Shown: piece by piece, positions 21,133 to 29,780 of the stretch | Numbering within the stretch: the first letter of the stretch is position 1 | Layout of the letters: every line of letters begins with the position of its first letter | Assembly (NCBI GenBank): GCA_963716255.1 | Contig: OY970303.1 | Coordinates: forward strand, 6,080,001-6,144,000 | DNA: 64,000 nt | Origin: an uncultured Gemmatimonadales bacterium | Lineage (GTDB): Bacteria; Gemmatimonadota; Gemmatimonadetes; Longimicrobiales; Longimicrobiaceae | Direction: 5' to 3' | The notes under the pieces: generated by a model | What the model was told of the DNA's origin: nothing | The model's database searches: none | What the model saw: only the letters and a program-made list of their open reading frames with translations | Position numbers and translations under genes: made by a program

Positions 21133-22218
21133 ATGAGCACAGACCTGCAGACCGACCGCGAGCAGGACCTCCTGCAGCGGTTCCGCGCCGGGCAGCGCCT
21201 CGCCCTCGCCCGCGCCATATCCATCGTCGAGAACGGCCAGCCCGGCTTCGAGCGCATCCTCCACGAGCTGCACGGCGGCCTGGGCCGCACCCAGCGCATC
21301 GGGATGACGGGGCCGCCCGGGGCGGGGAAGTCCACCCTCACCTCCAAGCTCACCTCCCATTTCCGCGGGCAGGAGGAGCGGGTGGGGATTGTCGCGGTGG
21401 ACCCCTCGTCGCCGTTCACGGGGGGCGCGCTCCTGGGCGACCGCATCCGCATGAACAGCCTGGCCACCGACCCGGGCGTCTTCATCCGCTCCATGGCCGC
21501 CCGCGGCTCGCTGGGCGGGCTGGCGACCACCACCAGCGAGGTCGCGGACCTGATGGACGCCTACGGGTGCGACCGCGTGCTGCTGGAAACGGTGGGGGTG
21601 GGGCAGTCGGAGCTGGAGATCGCGGAAACGGCCGACACCACCGTGGTGGTGCTGGTCCCCGAGTCCGGCGACTCCATCCAGGCGATGAAAGCCGGGCTGA
21701 TGGAGATCGCCGACGTGTTCGTCATCAACAAGGCCGACCGTCCCGGCGCCGACCGCCTGGCGCAGGAGATCGAGGTGATGCTCCACATGCGCCTGGGCGA
21801 GTCGGCGCCCGCGGCGGCGGGGCACCACGGCGTGTCGCTGAAGACGGTGGGCAGGGCGGCGCGCGAGCGGACGCGGGAGGCGGCGACCGAAGGGGGCGGG
21901 TGGGCGATCCCGGTGCTCAAGACCGTGGCGCAGACCGGAGAGGGAATCGAGGAGCTGGTCCGAACCCTGGACCGGCATGCCGTGTATCTACGCGAGAGCG
22001 GCGAGCTGTCGCGCCGCCGGCGGAACCGGCTGGCCGAGCGCGTCCGGGCGGTGGTGGACCGGCAGATGAAGAAGCGGGCCTGGACCGACGGACGCGGCGA
22101 AGAGATCCTGGACGAATCGCTCCCCGCGCTGGAATCGGGCGCGGAGTCCCCCTATACCGTCGCGGCGCGGATCGTGCGAGCGATGGGCCTCGAAACCCCA
22201 CGAAGGACCGAGACATGA
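21133..22218 (+). CDS. meaB: MeaB/ArgK GTPase chaperone of B12 mutase
   Basis: LARAIS, GPPGAGKST, VDPSSPFTGGALLGDRIRM, ETVGVGQSE and NKAD motifs. Confidence 0.95.
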   Translation: MSTDLQTDREQDLLQRFRAGQRLALARAISIVENGQPGFERILHELHGGLGRTQRIGMTGPPGAGKSTLTSKLTSHFRGQEERVGIVAVDPSSPFTGGALLGDRIRMNSLATDPGVFIRSMAARGSLGGLATTTSEVADLMDAYGCDRVLLETVGVGQSELEIAETADTTVVVLVPESGDSIQAMKAGLMEIADVFVINKADRPGADRLAQEIEVMLHMRLGESAPAAAGHHGVSLKTVGRAARERTREAATEGGGWAIPVLKTVAQTGEGIEELVRTLDRHAVYLRESGELSRRRRNRLAERVRAVVDRQMKKRAWTDGRGEEILDESLPALESGAESPYTVAARIVRAMGLETPRRTET

Positions 22219-23996
22219 GCTCGATCGAATACGGCGTCTCGCCGGATGCTCTGCTGGAGCGCATCGCCGACCGGGAGCGCGAGATCGCGGAGCTGAAGGA
22301 CCGCCTCCGCGCCTGGGAGACGGCGTACGAGCGCACCCCCCGGCGCGAGCCCACCCGCGGCGAGCCGGAGCGCGGCGCGGACCCGTCCCGCGACCCGCTG
22401 TACACCAGCATCTCCGGGGCGGAGGTCAGGCCGCTGTACACCCCGCTGGACCGTCCGGAGACCGGCGCGGAGGAAGCGGAGTTCTACAACGAGAAGCTGG
22501 GCGCGCCCGGCGAGTTCCCGTTCACGCGGGGGCCGTACGGCACCATGTACCGCACCCGGCTCTGGACCATGCGCCAGTTCGCCGGGTTCGGGACCGCGGA
22601 GGAGACCAACCAGCGCTACCACTTCCTCCTGGGGCGCGGCCAGACCGGCCTTTCGGTGGCCTTCGACTTCCCCACGCTGATGGGCTACGACTCCGACCAC
22701 CCCCGCTCGCTCGGCGAGGTGGGCAAGTGCGGCGTCGCGATCTCGTCGCTGGACGACATGGAGACGCTGTTCGCGGGGATCCCGCTGGACCAGGTCTCCG
22801 TCTCCATGACCATCAACGGGCCGGCGATCATCCTCTTCTGCTTCTACATGATCGCGGCGGAGAAGCAGGGGGTGCCGTTCAGCAAGCTCCGCGGCACGGT
22901 CCAGAACGACATCCTCAAGGAGTACCAGGCGCAGCACGCCTGGGTGTACCCCCCGGAGCCGGCGTTGCGGCTGGTGATCGACATGTTCGAGTGGGCGTCC
23001 AGGAACGCCCCCAAGTACAATCCCATCTCCATCTCCGGCTACCACATCCGCGAGGCGGGCTCCACCGCCGGGCAGGAGCTCGCGTACACGCTGCGCAATG
23101 GCTTCGAGTACGTGGAGCGGGGGATCGCGCGCGGGCTGGACGTGGACGACTTCGCGCCGCGCCTCTCCTTCTTCTGGGACGTCCACAACGACTTCTTCGA
23201 GGAGATCGCCAAGTTCCGCGCCGCCCGCCGCATCTGGGCGCGCCACCTGCGCGACAAGTACGGCGCCCGGAACCCCGAGTCGTGGCGCCTGCGCACCCAC
23301 GCGCAGACGGCCGGGGTGACGCTGACGGCGCAGCAGCCGGAGAACAACATCGTCCGCGTGGCCTACCAGGCCATGGCGGCGGTGCTGGGCGGCACGCAGT
23401 CGCTGCACACCAACTCCATGGACGAGACGCTGGCGCTCCCCAGCGAGAAGGCCGTGCAGATCGCGCTGCGCACGCAGCAGATCCTGGCCTTCGAGACGGG
23501 CGCGGCGAACACCATCGACCCGCTGGCGGGCTCCTACTACGTGGAGGCGCTCACCGACCGGCTGGAGACCGAGGCGGAGGAGATCTTCTCGCAGGTGGAC
23601 CGGCTGGGCGGCGTGGTGCCGGGGATCGAGGTGGGCTACTTCCAGCGCGAGATCGCCCGCGCGGCCATGCGCCAGCAGGTGGAGATCGAGAACGTGGACC
23701 GCGTGATCGTGGGCGTGAACGATTTCACCATCGAGGGCGAGGAGATCGAGATCCCGCTCCTCAAGATCACCGAGGAGGCGGAGATCCGGCAGCGCGAGCG
23801 GATGGCCGCCATGCGCGCCCGCCGCGACCAGGGCGAGGTCGACCGCACCCTCGCGGCGCTCCAGGACGCCGCCCGCGCCGGGGAGAACGTGGTCCCCGCC
23901 ATGCTGGACGCGGTGCGGGCGTACGCCACGCTGTACGAGATCCGCTTCGCGATGGAGGCCGTCTTCGGCGCGTACCAGGAGCCGGTGTTCTTCTAG
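22215..23996 (+). CDS. B12-dependent acyl-CoA mutase large subunit with isobutyryl-CoA-mutase-type residues
   Basis: GEFPFTRG, WTMRQFAGFG, QNDILKEYQAQ, ISGYHIREAG and SLHTNS motifs; no B12-binding domain. Confidence 0.92.
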   Translation: MSSIEYGVSPDALLERIADREREIAELKDRLRAWETAYERTPRREPTRGEPERGADPSRDPLYTSISGAEVRPLYTPLDRPETGAEEAEFYNEKLGAPGEFPFTRGPYGTMYRTRLWTMRQFAGFGTAEETNQRYHFLLGRGQTGLSVAFDFPTLMGYDSDHPRSLGEVGKCGVAISSLDDMETLFAGIPLDQVSVSMTINGPAIILFCFYMIAAEKQGVPFSKLRGTVQNDILKEYQAQHAWVYPPEPALRLVIDMFEWASRNAPKYNPISISGYHIREAGSTAGQELAYTLRNGFEYVERGIARGLDVDDFAPRLSFFWDVHNDFFEEIAKFRAARRIWARHLRDKYGARNPESWRLRTHAQTAGVTLTAQQPENNIVRVAYQAMAAVLGGTQSLHTNSMDETLALPSEKAVQIALRTQQILAFETGAANTIDPLAGSYYVEALTDRLETEAEEIFSQVDRLGGVVPGIEVGYFQREIARAAMRQQVEIENVDRVIVGVNDFTIEGEEIEIPLLKITEEAEIRQRERMAAMRARRDQGEVDRTLAALQDAARAGENVVPAMLDAVRAYATLYEIRFAMEAVFGAYQEPVFF

Positions 23997-24007
23997 GAGA
24001 TGCAGCC

Positions 24008-24571
24008 ATGGGGCACCCTGCCGCTGCCCATTCCGGACTCGTCACCGCCGACGAGCTGCTGCGGGTTCCCGAGGATGGGTTCCGCCGCGAGCTCGTCGCA
24101 GGAGAGGTGATCGTGATGGCGCCTGCGGGAGAGGAGCACGGGACCGTGGCGGCAGAGATCCTCGTCCGGCTGGGACAGTATGTCCGGTCGAAGGGGCTCG
24201 GCCGGGTGTACACGGCGGAAACCGGATTCAGGATCGCTTCCGATCCCGACACGGTGCTGGCCCCCGATGCTGCCTTCGTACGGCGGGAGCGCATCGAACA
24301 GACGGGCGTCGGGCAGGGATACCGTCTCGGTGCTCCGGACATGGTCGTAGAGGTGGTTTCTCCCAACGATTCATTCGGGGCGGTCGAAGCCAAGGTGGCC
24401 CAATGGCTCGCCGCCGGGTGCCGGATGGTGGCCGTCGTGAACCCCAGACGCCGTGCCGTGACCGTTTATCGCTCGCGGAGCAACATCGTGATCCTCGCGG
24501 AAGACGACGAGATGGACGGGGGAGATGTGATCCCCGGCTGGCGCCTGCACATCCGTGAGCTGTTCGTATAG
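24008..24571 (+). CDS. Uma2-family (PD-(D/E)XK) endonuclease
   Basis: ELVAGEV, APDAAFV, PDMVVEVVSPND and GGDVIPGW motifs; more A/T-ending codons than its neighbours. Confidence 0.88.
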   Translation: MGHPAAAHSGLVTADELLRVPEDGFRRELVAGEVIVMAPAGEEHGTVAAEILVRLGQYVRSKGLGRVYTAETGFRIASDPDTVLAPDAAFVRRERIEQTGVGQGYRLGAPDMVVEVVSPNDSFGAVEAKVAQWLAAGCRMVAVVNPRRRAVTVYRSRSNIVILAEDDEMDGGDVIPGWRLHIRELFV

Positions 24572-24655
24572 CTCCGCACTCACTGAGGTTGCCGGAGGGA
24601 GGGCGCGGCCGGGCCGCGCCCTTCGTCGTTTTGGACTCCTCCAGATTGCCTCCCC

Positions 24656-26158
24656 ATGAACCCTGCTTCCCCCGAACTCCCGCTCGTCGCCCGCGCCGCG
24701 GAGCACGGAGGCCGCACCGCGGTCGTCGCGCCGGAGGGCGCCTTCACCTACGCCGGCCTGCTGGACGCGTCCGCGCGCGTGGCCGCGGCGCTCCTCGGCG
24801 GCGGCGCCGACCTGGCGGGCGCGCGCGTCGCCTTCCTCGCCCCGCCGGGGTGGGACTACGTGGCCGTGCAGTGGGGGATCTGGCGCGCCGGCGGGATCGC
24901 CGTGCCCCTCGCCGTCTCCCACCCTCCCGCGGAGCTGGAGTACGTCGTCCAGGACGCGGACGCCGCCATCGTGGTCGCGCACCCCGGCTTCGCCGAGACC
25001 CTGCGGCCCGTCGCGGAGCGGAACGGGCGGCGCTTCCTCGCCACCCCGGAGGCGCTGGCGGCCGCGCCGGAGACGCTGCCGCGGGTGGAGGAGGGGCGCC
25101 CGGCGATGATGGTCTACACCAGCGGCACCACGGGAAAGCCCAAGGGGGTGGTGACCACGCACGCCGGCTTGCGCGCCCAGGTGACCTCCCTGGTGGAGGC
25201 GTGGGGGTGGCGCGCCGACGACCGCGTCCTCCTCGTCCTCCCCATGCACCACGTGCACGGCATCGTCAACGTGCTCACCTGCGCGCTGTGGGCCGGGGCG
25301 GTGTGCGAGATCCTCCCCCGCTTCGACGCCGACGCCGCGTGGGAGCGGATCGAGCACGGCGAGCTGACGCTGTTCATGGCCGTCCCCACCATCTACCGCA
25401 GGCTGATCGCGGCGTGGGAGGAGGCCGGTCCCGGGCGGCGGCGCCGCATGTCGGAGGGGTGCGCGCGGATGCGGCTGATGGTGTCCGGCTCGGCGGCGCT
25501 CCCGGTGCAGACGCTGGAGCGCTGGCGGGAGATCAGCGGCCACACGCTGCTGGAGCGCTACGGGATGACGGAGATGGGGATGGCGCTCTCCAACCCGCTG
25601 CGCGGCGAGCGGCGCCCGGGGTACGTGGGCGTCCCGCTGCCGGGCGTGGAGGTGCGCCTCGTCGGCGACGTCGGCGAGACGGTGGAGCCCGGGGCGCCCG
25701 GGGAGATCGAGGTGCGCGGGGAAAACGTGTTCGCCGAGTACTGGCGCCGCCCGGACGCTACGGCGGAAGCGTTCCGCGACGGCTGGTTCCGCACCGGGGA
25801 CGTGGCGGTGGTGGAGGACGGCTACTTCCGCATCCTGGGGCGGAAGAGCGTGGACATCATCAAGACCGGCGGCTACAAGGTGTCCGCGCTGGAGATCGAG
25901 GAAGCGCTGCGGACGCACCCGGACGTGGCGGAGTGCGCGGTGGTGGGGGTGGAGGACCCCGACTGGGGGGAGCGGATCTGCGTCGCGGTGGAGCCCCGGA
26001 ACGGCGCCGCGCCGACGCTGGACGGGCTCCAGGGGTGGGCGCGGGACCGGCTCGCCCCGTACAAGCTCCCGCGCGACCTGCGCCTGGTGGACGCGCTCCC
26101 CCGCAACGCCATGGGCAAGGTCGTCAAGCCGGACGTGACGAAGTTATTTACGGATTGA
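24656..26158 (+). CDS. Acyl-CoA synthetase, malonyl-CoA synthetase (MatB/ACSF3)-like
   Basis: YTSGTTGKPKG, ERYGMTE, WFRTGD and PRNAMGK motifs. Confidence 0.88.
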   Translation: MNPASPELPLVARAAEHGGRTAVVAPEGAFTYAGLLDASARVAAALLGGGADLAGARVAFLAPPGWDYVAVQWGIWRAGGIAVPLAVSHPPAELEYVVQDADAAIVVAHPGFAETLRPVAERNGRRFLATPEALAAAPETLPRVEEGRPAMMVYTSGTTGKPKGVVTTHAGLRAQVTSLVEAWGWRADDRVLLVLPMHHVHGIVNVLTCALWAGAVCEILPRFDADAAWERIEHGELTLFMAVPTIYRRLIAAWEEAGPGRRRRMSEGCARMRLMVSGSAALPVQTLERWREISGHTLLERYGMTEMGMALSNPLRGERRPGYVGVPLPGVEVRLVGDVGETVEPGAPGEIEVRGENVFAEYWRRPDATAEAFRDGWFRTGDVAVVEDGYFRILGRKSVDIIKTGGYKVSALEIEEALRTHPDVAECAVVGVEDPDWGERICVAVEPRNGAAPTLDGLQGWARDRLAPYKLPRDLRLVDALPRNAMGKVVKPDVTKLFTD

Positions 26159-26164
26159 AGTGCA

Positions 26165-26299
26165 GGGTTCGGGCGTGCCCCCGGCTGGCGCCGGGGTCGG
26201 GCTTCGGCTCCGTAGGCGAGCAAACAACGCTCGCCAACGGAGTCGAGCCCCCGCAAACTGCGCGGGGTCTCGCCCCTTCGGGCCGAAATCCCTCACGCG
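26165..26299 (+). repeat. Family A element, copy 5
   Basis: Stem ggcgagc/gctcgcc; 6 nt after the stop codon. Confidence 0.92.
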
Positions 26300-26859
26300 G
26301 GCATCGCGCTGGCGTCCGCGAGGGGGTCGGCCGCCGGCCTCCCGCGCCCGCGCCCGCGGCGGCGCCGGATCCGGGCAGCGATCCGCGCCAGGCCCACGTA
26401 GTCGGCCACGCGCCAGGCGGCGACCAGGAGCAGCTGGAGGGCGATGATGCGCCCGTCGAAGTGCCAGGAGGCCAGCCCCGACAGGATCAGGTTGAGGTTC
26501 AGCAGGCTGGCGCCCACCGCCGCGGGCACCAGCAGGACCCCGCCGAAGAAGGCGAGCGCCACGGCCAGCTCCGCCAGGGGGAGGCCCACGCTGATCCAGC
26601 GGTCGGCGCCGGTCTCCAGGAGCGTCCGGGCGACATGGCGGTACGCGGGGAAGGGGGCCGGCGTCATGCCCCGGGCGATGGCGTCCAGCATGGAGTGCAT
26701 GGGGTTGGCCGTCAGCCATCCCCCCGAGACCTTGGCCAGCCCGAACTGGAGCCAGATGGAGCCCAGGTAGATGCGGATGCCCAGCCAGAGGGGAGAAGCA
26801 AGGCGGCTGGAAAACGGCCACCTGAGCATGTCGAGGACCCGCCGGTCGCGTGCAAGCAT
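26293..26859 (-). CDS. DoxX / TQO-DoxD-like membrane protein
   Basis: WLGIRIYLGSIWLQFGLAK, ELAVALA and LNLNLILSG segments; GGAGG RBS before the ATG at 26859. Confidence 0.75.
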   Translation of the reverse strand: MLARDRRVLDMLRWPFSSRLASPLWLGIRIYLGSIWLQFGLAKVSGGWLTANPMHSMLDAIARGMTPAPFPAYRHVARTLLETGADRWISVGLPLAELAVALAFFGGVLLVPAAVGASLLNLNLILSGLASWHFDGRIIALQLLLVAAWRVADYVGLARIAARIRRRRGRGRGRPAADPLADASAMPA

Positions 26860-27042
26860 GGGGCTGCCTCCTGCAGGGGAAGAGAAACGACACCCGCTGC
26901 AAGTGTAGCCGCCACGCCGACACGAAACAGCAGGGAAACCCCGGAACATGGGTGAGGGATCCGCCCATTCTTGATGCGGGTCTTTCCCCGCACATGGGTA
27001 GGGGATCGTCCCCGCGGAGCTCCCGCGGAACCCGTGCAGGGC

Positions 27043-27072
27043 TCCCCCTCTCCCGCTTGCGGGGGAGGGGGC
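27043..27072. repeat. Family C REP-like palindrome
   Basis: ccctctcccgcttgcgggggagggg, nearly identical to the copy at about 5051-5075. Confidence 0.75.
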
Positions 27073-27097
27073 CTCCCGCGGACGCCAGCGCGAGCCC

Positions 27098-27230
27098 CGC
27101 GTGAGGGATTTCGGCCCGAAGGGGCGAGACCCGCGCAGTTTGCGGGGCTCGACTCCGTTTCAGACGGTCGTTTCGTCTGCTACGGAGCCGAAGCCCGACC
27201 CCGGCGCCAGCCGGGGACACGCCCGAACCC
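27098..27230 (-). repeat. Family A element, copy 6 (reverse)
   Basis: Reverse-complement scaffold, stem gcagacg/cgtctga; sense strand downstream of the YdeI-like gene. Confidence 0.9.
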
Positions 27231-27262
27231 GCCGTCAAACGCCGTTTCGGCCGGATCCGGCA

Positions 27263-27823
27263 TCAGTAGTAGCTTTCGATGTCGTGACCGAACCGCCGGC
27301 CCTTTTCGGTCATGCGGACCAGGTGCTGCAGGCGCTTCTCGAACTCCTCCGGGCGCTTCCTGGCGTCGTCCACGAACGCGACCCGGATGCGCCGGTAGGG
27401 CCCGGAGAAGCCCTGGAAGTTCCGCCAGGCCTCCGGGCTCGCCTGGAGCGCCCGCAGGATGTCCGGCGGGAACTCGAAGCTCTCCAGGTCCAGGCCGGCC
27501 ACCTTCGCCAGCACCTCCGGCGCGACCTTTTCCTGCGCGATCATCCGGCGCAGCCTTTCCCGGTTGGGCTGCGAGTACGCGCTCCCGGGCCGCCTGGGCG
27601 AGAACCTCTGGGCGAGCTGGTCGGCGTCCAGCGTCTTGAGGGTGCTGTCGATCCAGCCGAAGCACAGCGCTTCCTCGACCGCGTCGTTGTAGGGAATGCG
27701 CGGCAGGCCCGTCCGCTTGCGGGGGTACGCCAGCCAGATCTCCCGCTCGGTCCGGTGGTGCGCCTCCAGCCAGGCGCGCCAGGCTTCCCGCTCCGACACG
27801 TGAAGCGTGCGGGTGATCTCCAT
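27263..27823 (-). CDS. YdeI/OmpD-associated family protein
   Basis: WRAWLEAHH, AVEEALCFGWIDS and QRFSPRRPGS motifs. Confidence 0.9.
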   Translation of the reverse strand: MEITRTLHVSEREAWRAWLEAHHRTEREIWLAYPRKRTGLPRIPYNDAVEEALCFGWIDSTLKTLDADQLAQRFSPRRPGSAYSQPNRERLRRMIAQEKVAPEVLAKVAGLDLESFEFPPDILRALQASPEAWRNFQGFSGPYRRIRVAFVDDARKRPEEFEKRLQHLVRMTEKGRRFGHDIESYY

Positions 27824-27825
27824 GC

Positions 27826-29235
27826 TCAGCGCGGCGGCGCCGGCAGCCCCACCGGCCGGAGCCGCTGGATCACCCCCGCGAGCGCCAGCGCGCCCTCCTC
27901 CCCCCGCGGCCGCCCCACCACCTGCATCCCCACCGGCAAACCGTCCGCGTCCAGTCCACACGGCACGGACGCCACCGGCAGCCCCGTCATGCTGAGCACG
28001 AAGGTGGGCGCGATCCAGTCCACGTACGTCGCCATCTCCCGGCCGCCCACGGTACGCGGAAAGTTCTCCACCACCGGGAACGGCGCGACGGCCATGGTGG
28101 GGGTGAGCAGGTGGTCGAAGCGGCGGAAGAGCGCGCGGAAGTCTTCCCAGATCCGGCGGCGCGCCGCCTCGGCTGCGCCCAGCTCCTCCACGCTCGTGGC
28201 CAGCCCCGCGCGCAGGTTGTTGCCCACGTTGGCGCCGAAGTGCTCCAGCTTGTCCAGGTGCGGACCCAGCATGGACACGAACCACAGGCCGCGCAGCGCC
28301 AGGAACGCCTTTCGCGCGTACGCCAGGTCCAGCTCGATCGTTTCCACCTCCGCGCCCGCCTCCGCCAGCGCCGCCACGGCCTCGCGGCACACCCGCTCCA
28401 CGTCCGCGTCGATCCCGATCCCCGCGATGTCCGGGCAGTACGCCACCCGCAGCCCGCGCGGGTCCGCGCCGCGCACCGCCGCGACGAAGTCCCGCCCGGC
28501 GGCCGGCTGCGCGAGCGGCGACAGGTCGCTGGGGCCGGCCATGGCCTGCAGGGCGAGCGCCACGTCCTCCGCGGTGCGCCCCATGGGCCCGGTCACCTGC
28601 ATGGTGTCCCACAGGTAGTCGCTGGGTACAGTGGGCACCAGCCCCACCGAGGGGCGGATGCCGACGACCCCGCAGAACGACGCCGGGATGCGCAGCGAGC
28701 CGCCCAGGTCCGTCCCCTCCGCCAGCGCGATCATCCCCGCGGCCAGGCCGCACGCCCCGCCGCCCGTGGAGCCGCCGGCGCTGCGCTCGGGGTCCCAGGG
28801 GTTGCGCGTGCGCCCGAACACCTCGTTGAAGGTGTTTCCCCCCGCCGCGAACTCCGGGCAGTTGGTCTTGCCCAGGATCACGGCCCCCGCGTCGCGGAGC
28901 CGCCGCACCACCAGGGCGTCCTCCGCCGGGATGTGGTCCGCGAAGAGCGGCGAGCCGAAGGTGCAGCGCACCCCGCCCACCTGCGTCACGTCCTTGATCC
29001 CCACCGGGAGACCCGCCAGGATCCCCACGTCCTGTCCGCGCGCGATCCGCCGGTCCAGCTCCTCGGCCTCGGCGCGGGCGTGCGGGTTCGGCGTCACCAC
29101 CGCGTTGAGGGTGCCGTTCAGCCGCTCCACGCGCGCCATGCAGGCGTCCAGCACCTCCACGGCGGACAGCTCGCGGGCGCGGACGCGCCGGGCCAGCTCG
29201 TGCGCGGGAAGGAGCGCGAGGGACTCGTCGGGCAT
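27826..29235 (-). CDS. Amidase signature family protein
   Basis: GLPVGIKD, GKTNCPEF, GGSTGG and GTDLGGSLRIPASFCG motifs. Confidence 0.93.
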   Translation of the reverse strand: MPDESLALLPAHELARRVRARELSAVEVLDACMARVERLNGTLNAVVTPNPHARAEAEELDRRIARGQDVGILAGLPVGIKDVTQVGGVRCTFGSPLFADHIPAEDALVVRRLRDAGAVILGKTNCPEFAAGGNTFNEVFGRTRNPWDPERSAGGSTGGGACGLAAGMIALAEGTDLGGSLRIPASFCGVVGIRPSVGLVPTVPSDYLWDTMQVTGPMGRTAEDVALALQAMAGPSDLSPLAQPAAGRDFVAAVRGADPRGLRVAYCPDIAGIGIDADVERVCREAVAALAEAGAEVETIELDLAYARKAFLALRGLWFVSMLGPHLDKLEHFGANVGNNLRAGLATSVEELGAAEAARRRIWEDFRALFRRFDHLLTPTMAVAPFPVVENFPRTVGGREMATYVDWIAPTFVLSMTGLPVASVPCGLDADGLPVGMQVVGRPRGEEGALALAGVIQRLRPVGLPAPPR

Positions 29236-29240
29236 CGGCG

Positions 29241-29684
29241 TCACACCGGGTCGGGGAAGCGGGCCGCGTGCTGGCGGATCCACTCCTCGGCCGCCTCCTG
29301 GCCGGTCATCTCCCTCCCTTCCCGCTCGCGCACCTGCTGCCGGTAGCGGTCGATGGAGCACACCTGCTCCACCATGCGCGCCCGGAACGCGTCGCTCGCG
29401 TCCAGGAACTGCACCCCGATGCAGAAGTGGTCTCCCTCCGGCTCGCAGTGCACCACCCGCGCGTGGGCCTCGAACGGCGGCTTCACCTGGTCGATGCGCA
29501 CCTCGATCGTCGTGCCGTGCGGCACCGGGACGTCGGACACGAAGGCGAGGCCGCCGAAGCTCACGTTGACGCCCTGGCGGGACTCGCGGGTGCTTTCCCG
29601 CACCGTCCGCACCTCCAGCGGCACGTCGGCGGTGTGCCGGATGAACCTGCGCCGGGATTCGCCGAGAGTGCTGGTGTCGGGCAT
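29241..29684 (-). CDS. PilZ-domain protein
   Basis: RRRFIR (RxxxR) and NVSFGG (D/NxSxxG) c-di-GMP motifs. Confidence 0.85.
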   Translation of the reverse strand: MPDTSTLGESRRRFIRHTADVPLEVRTVRESTRESRQGVNVSFGGLAFVSDVPVPHGTTIEVRIDQVKPPFEAHARVVHCEPEGDHFCIGVQFLDASDAFRARMVEQVCSIDRYRQQVREREGREMTGQEAAEEWIRQHAARFPDPV

Positions 29685-29780
29685 GTCGCGGGCCGCGGGT
29701 GGTCGTGCAGGATGGCCGGATCGTGGGCGGGCGGTGGCAAGTTCCGGTCCCGTCCTCCCGTGAGGGAACACCGGAAAGGA

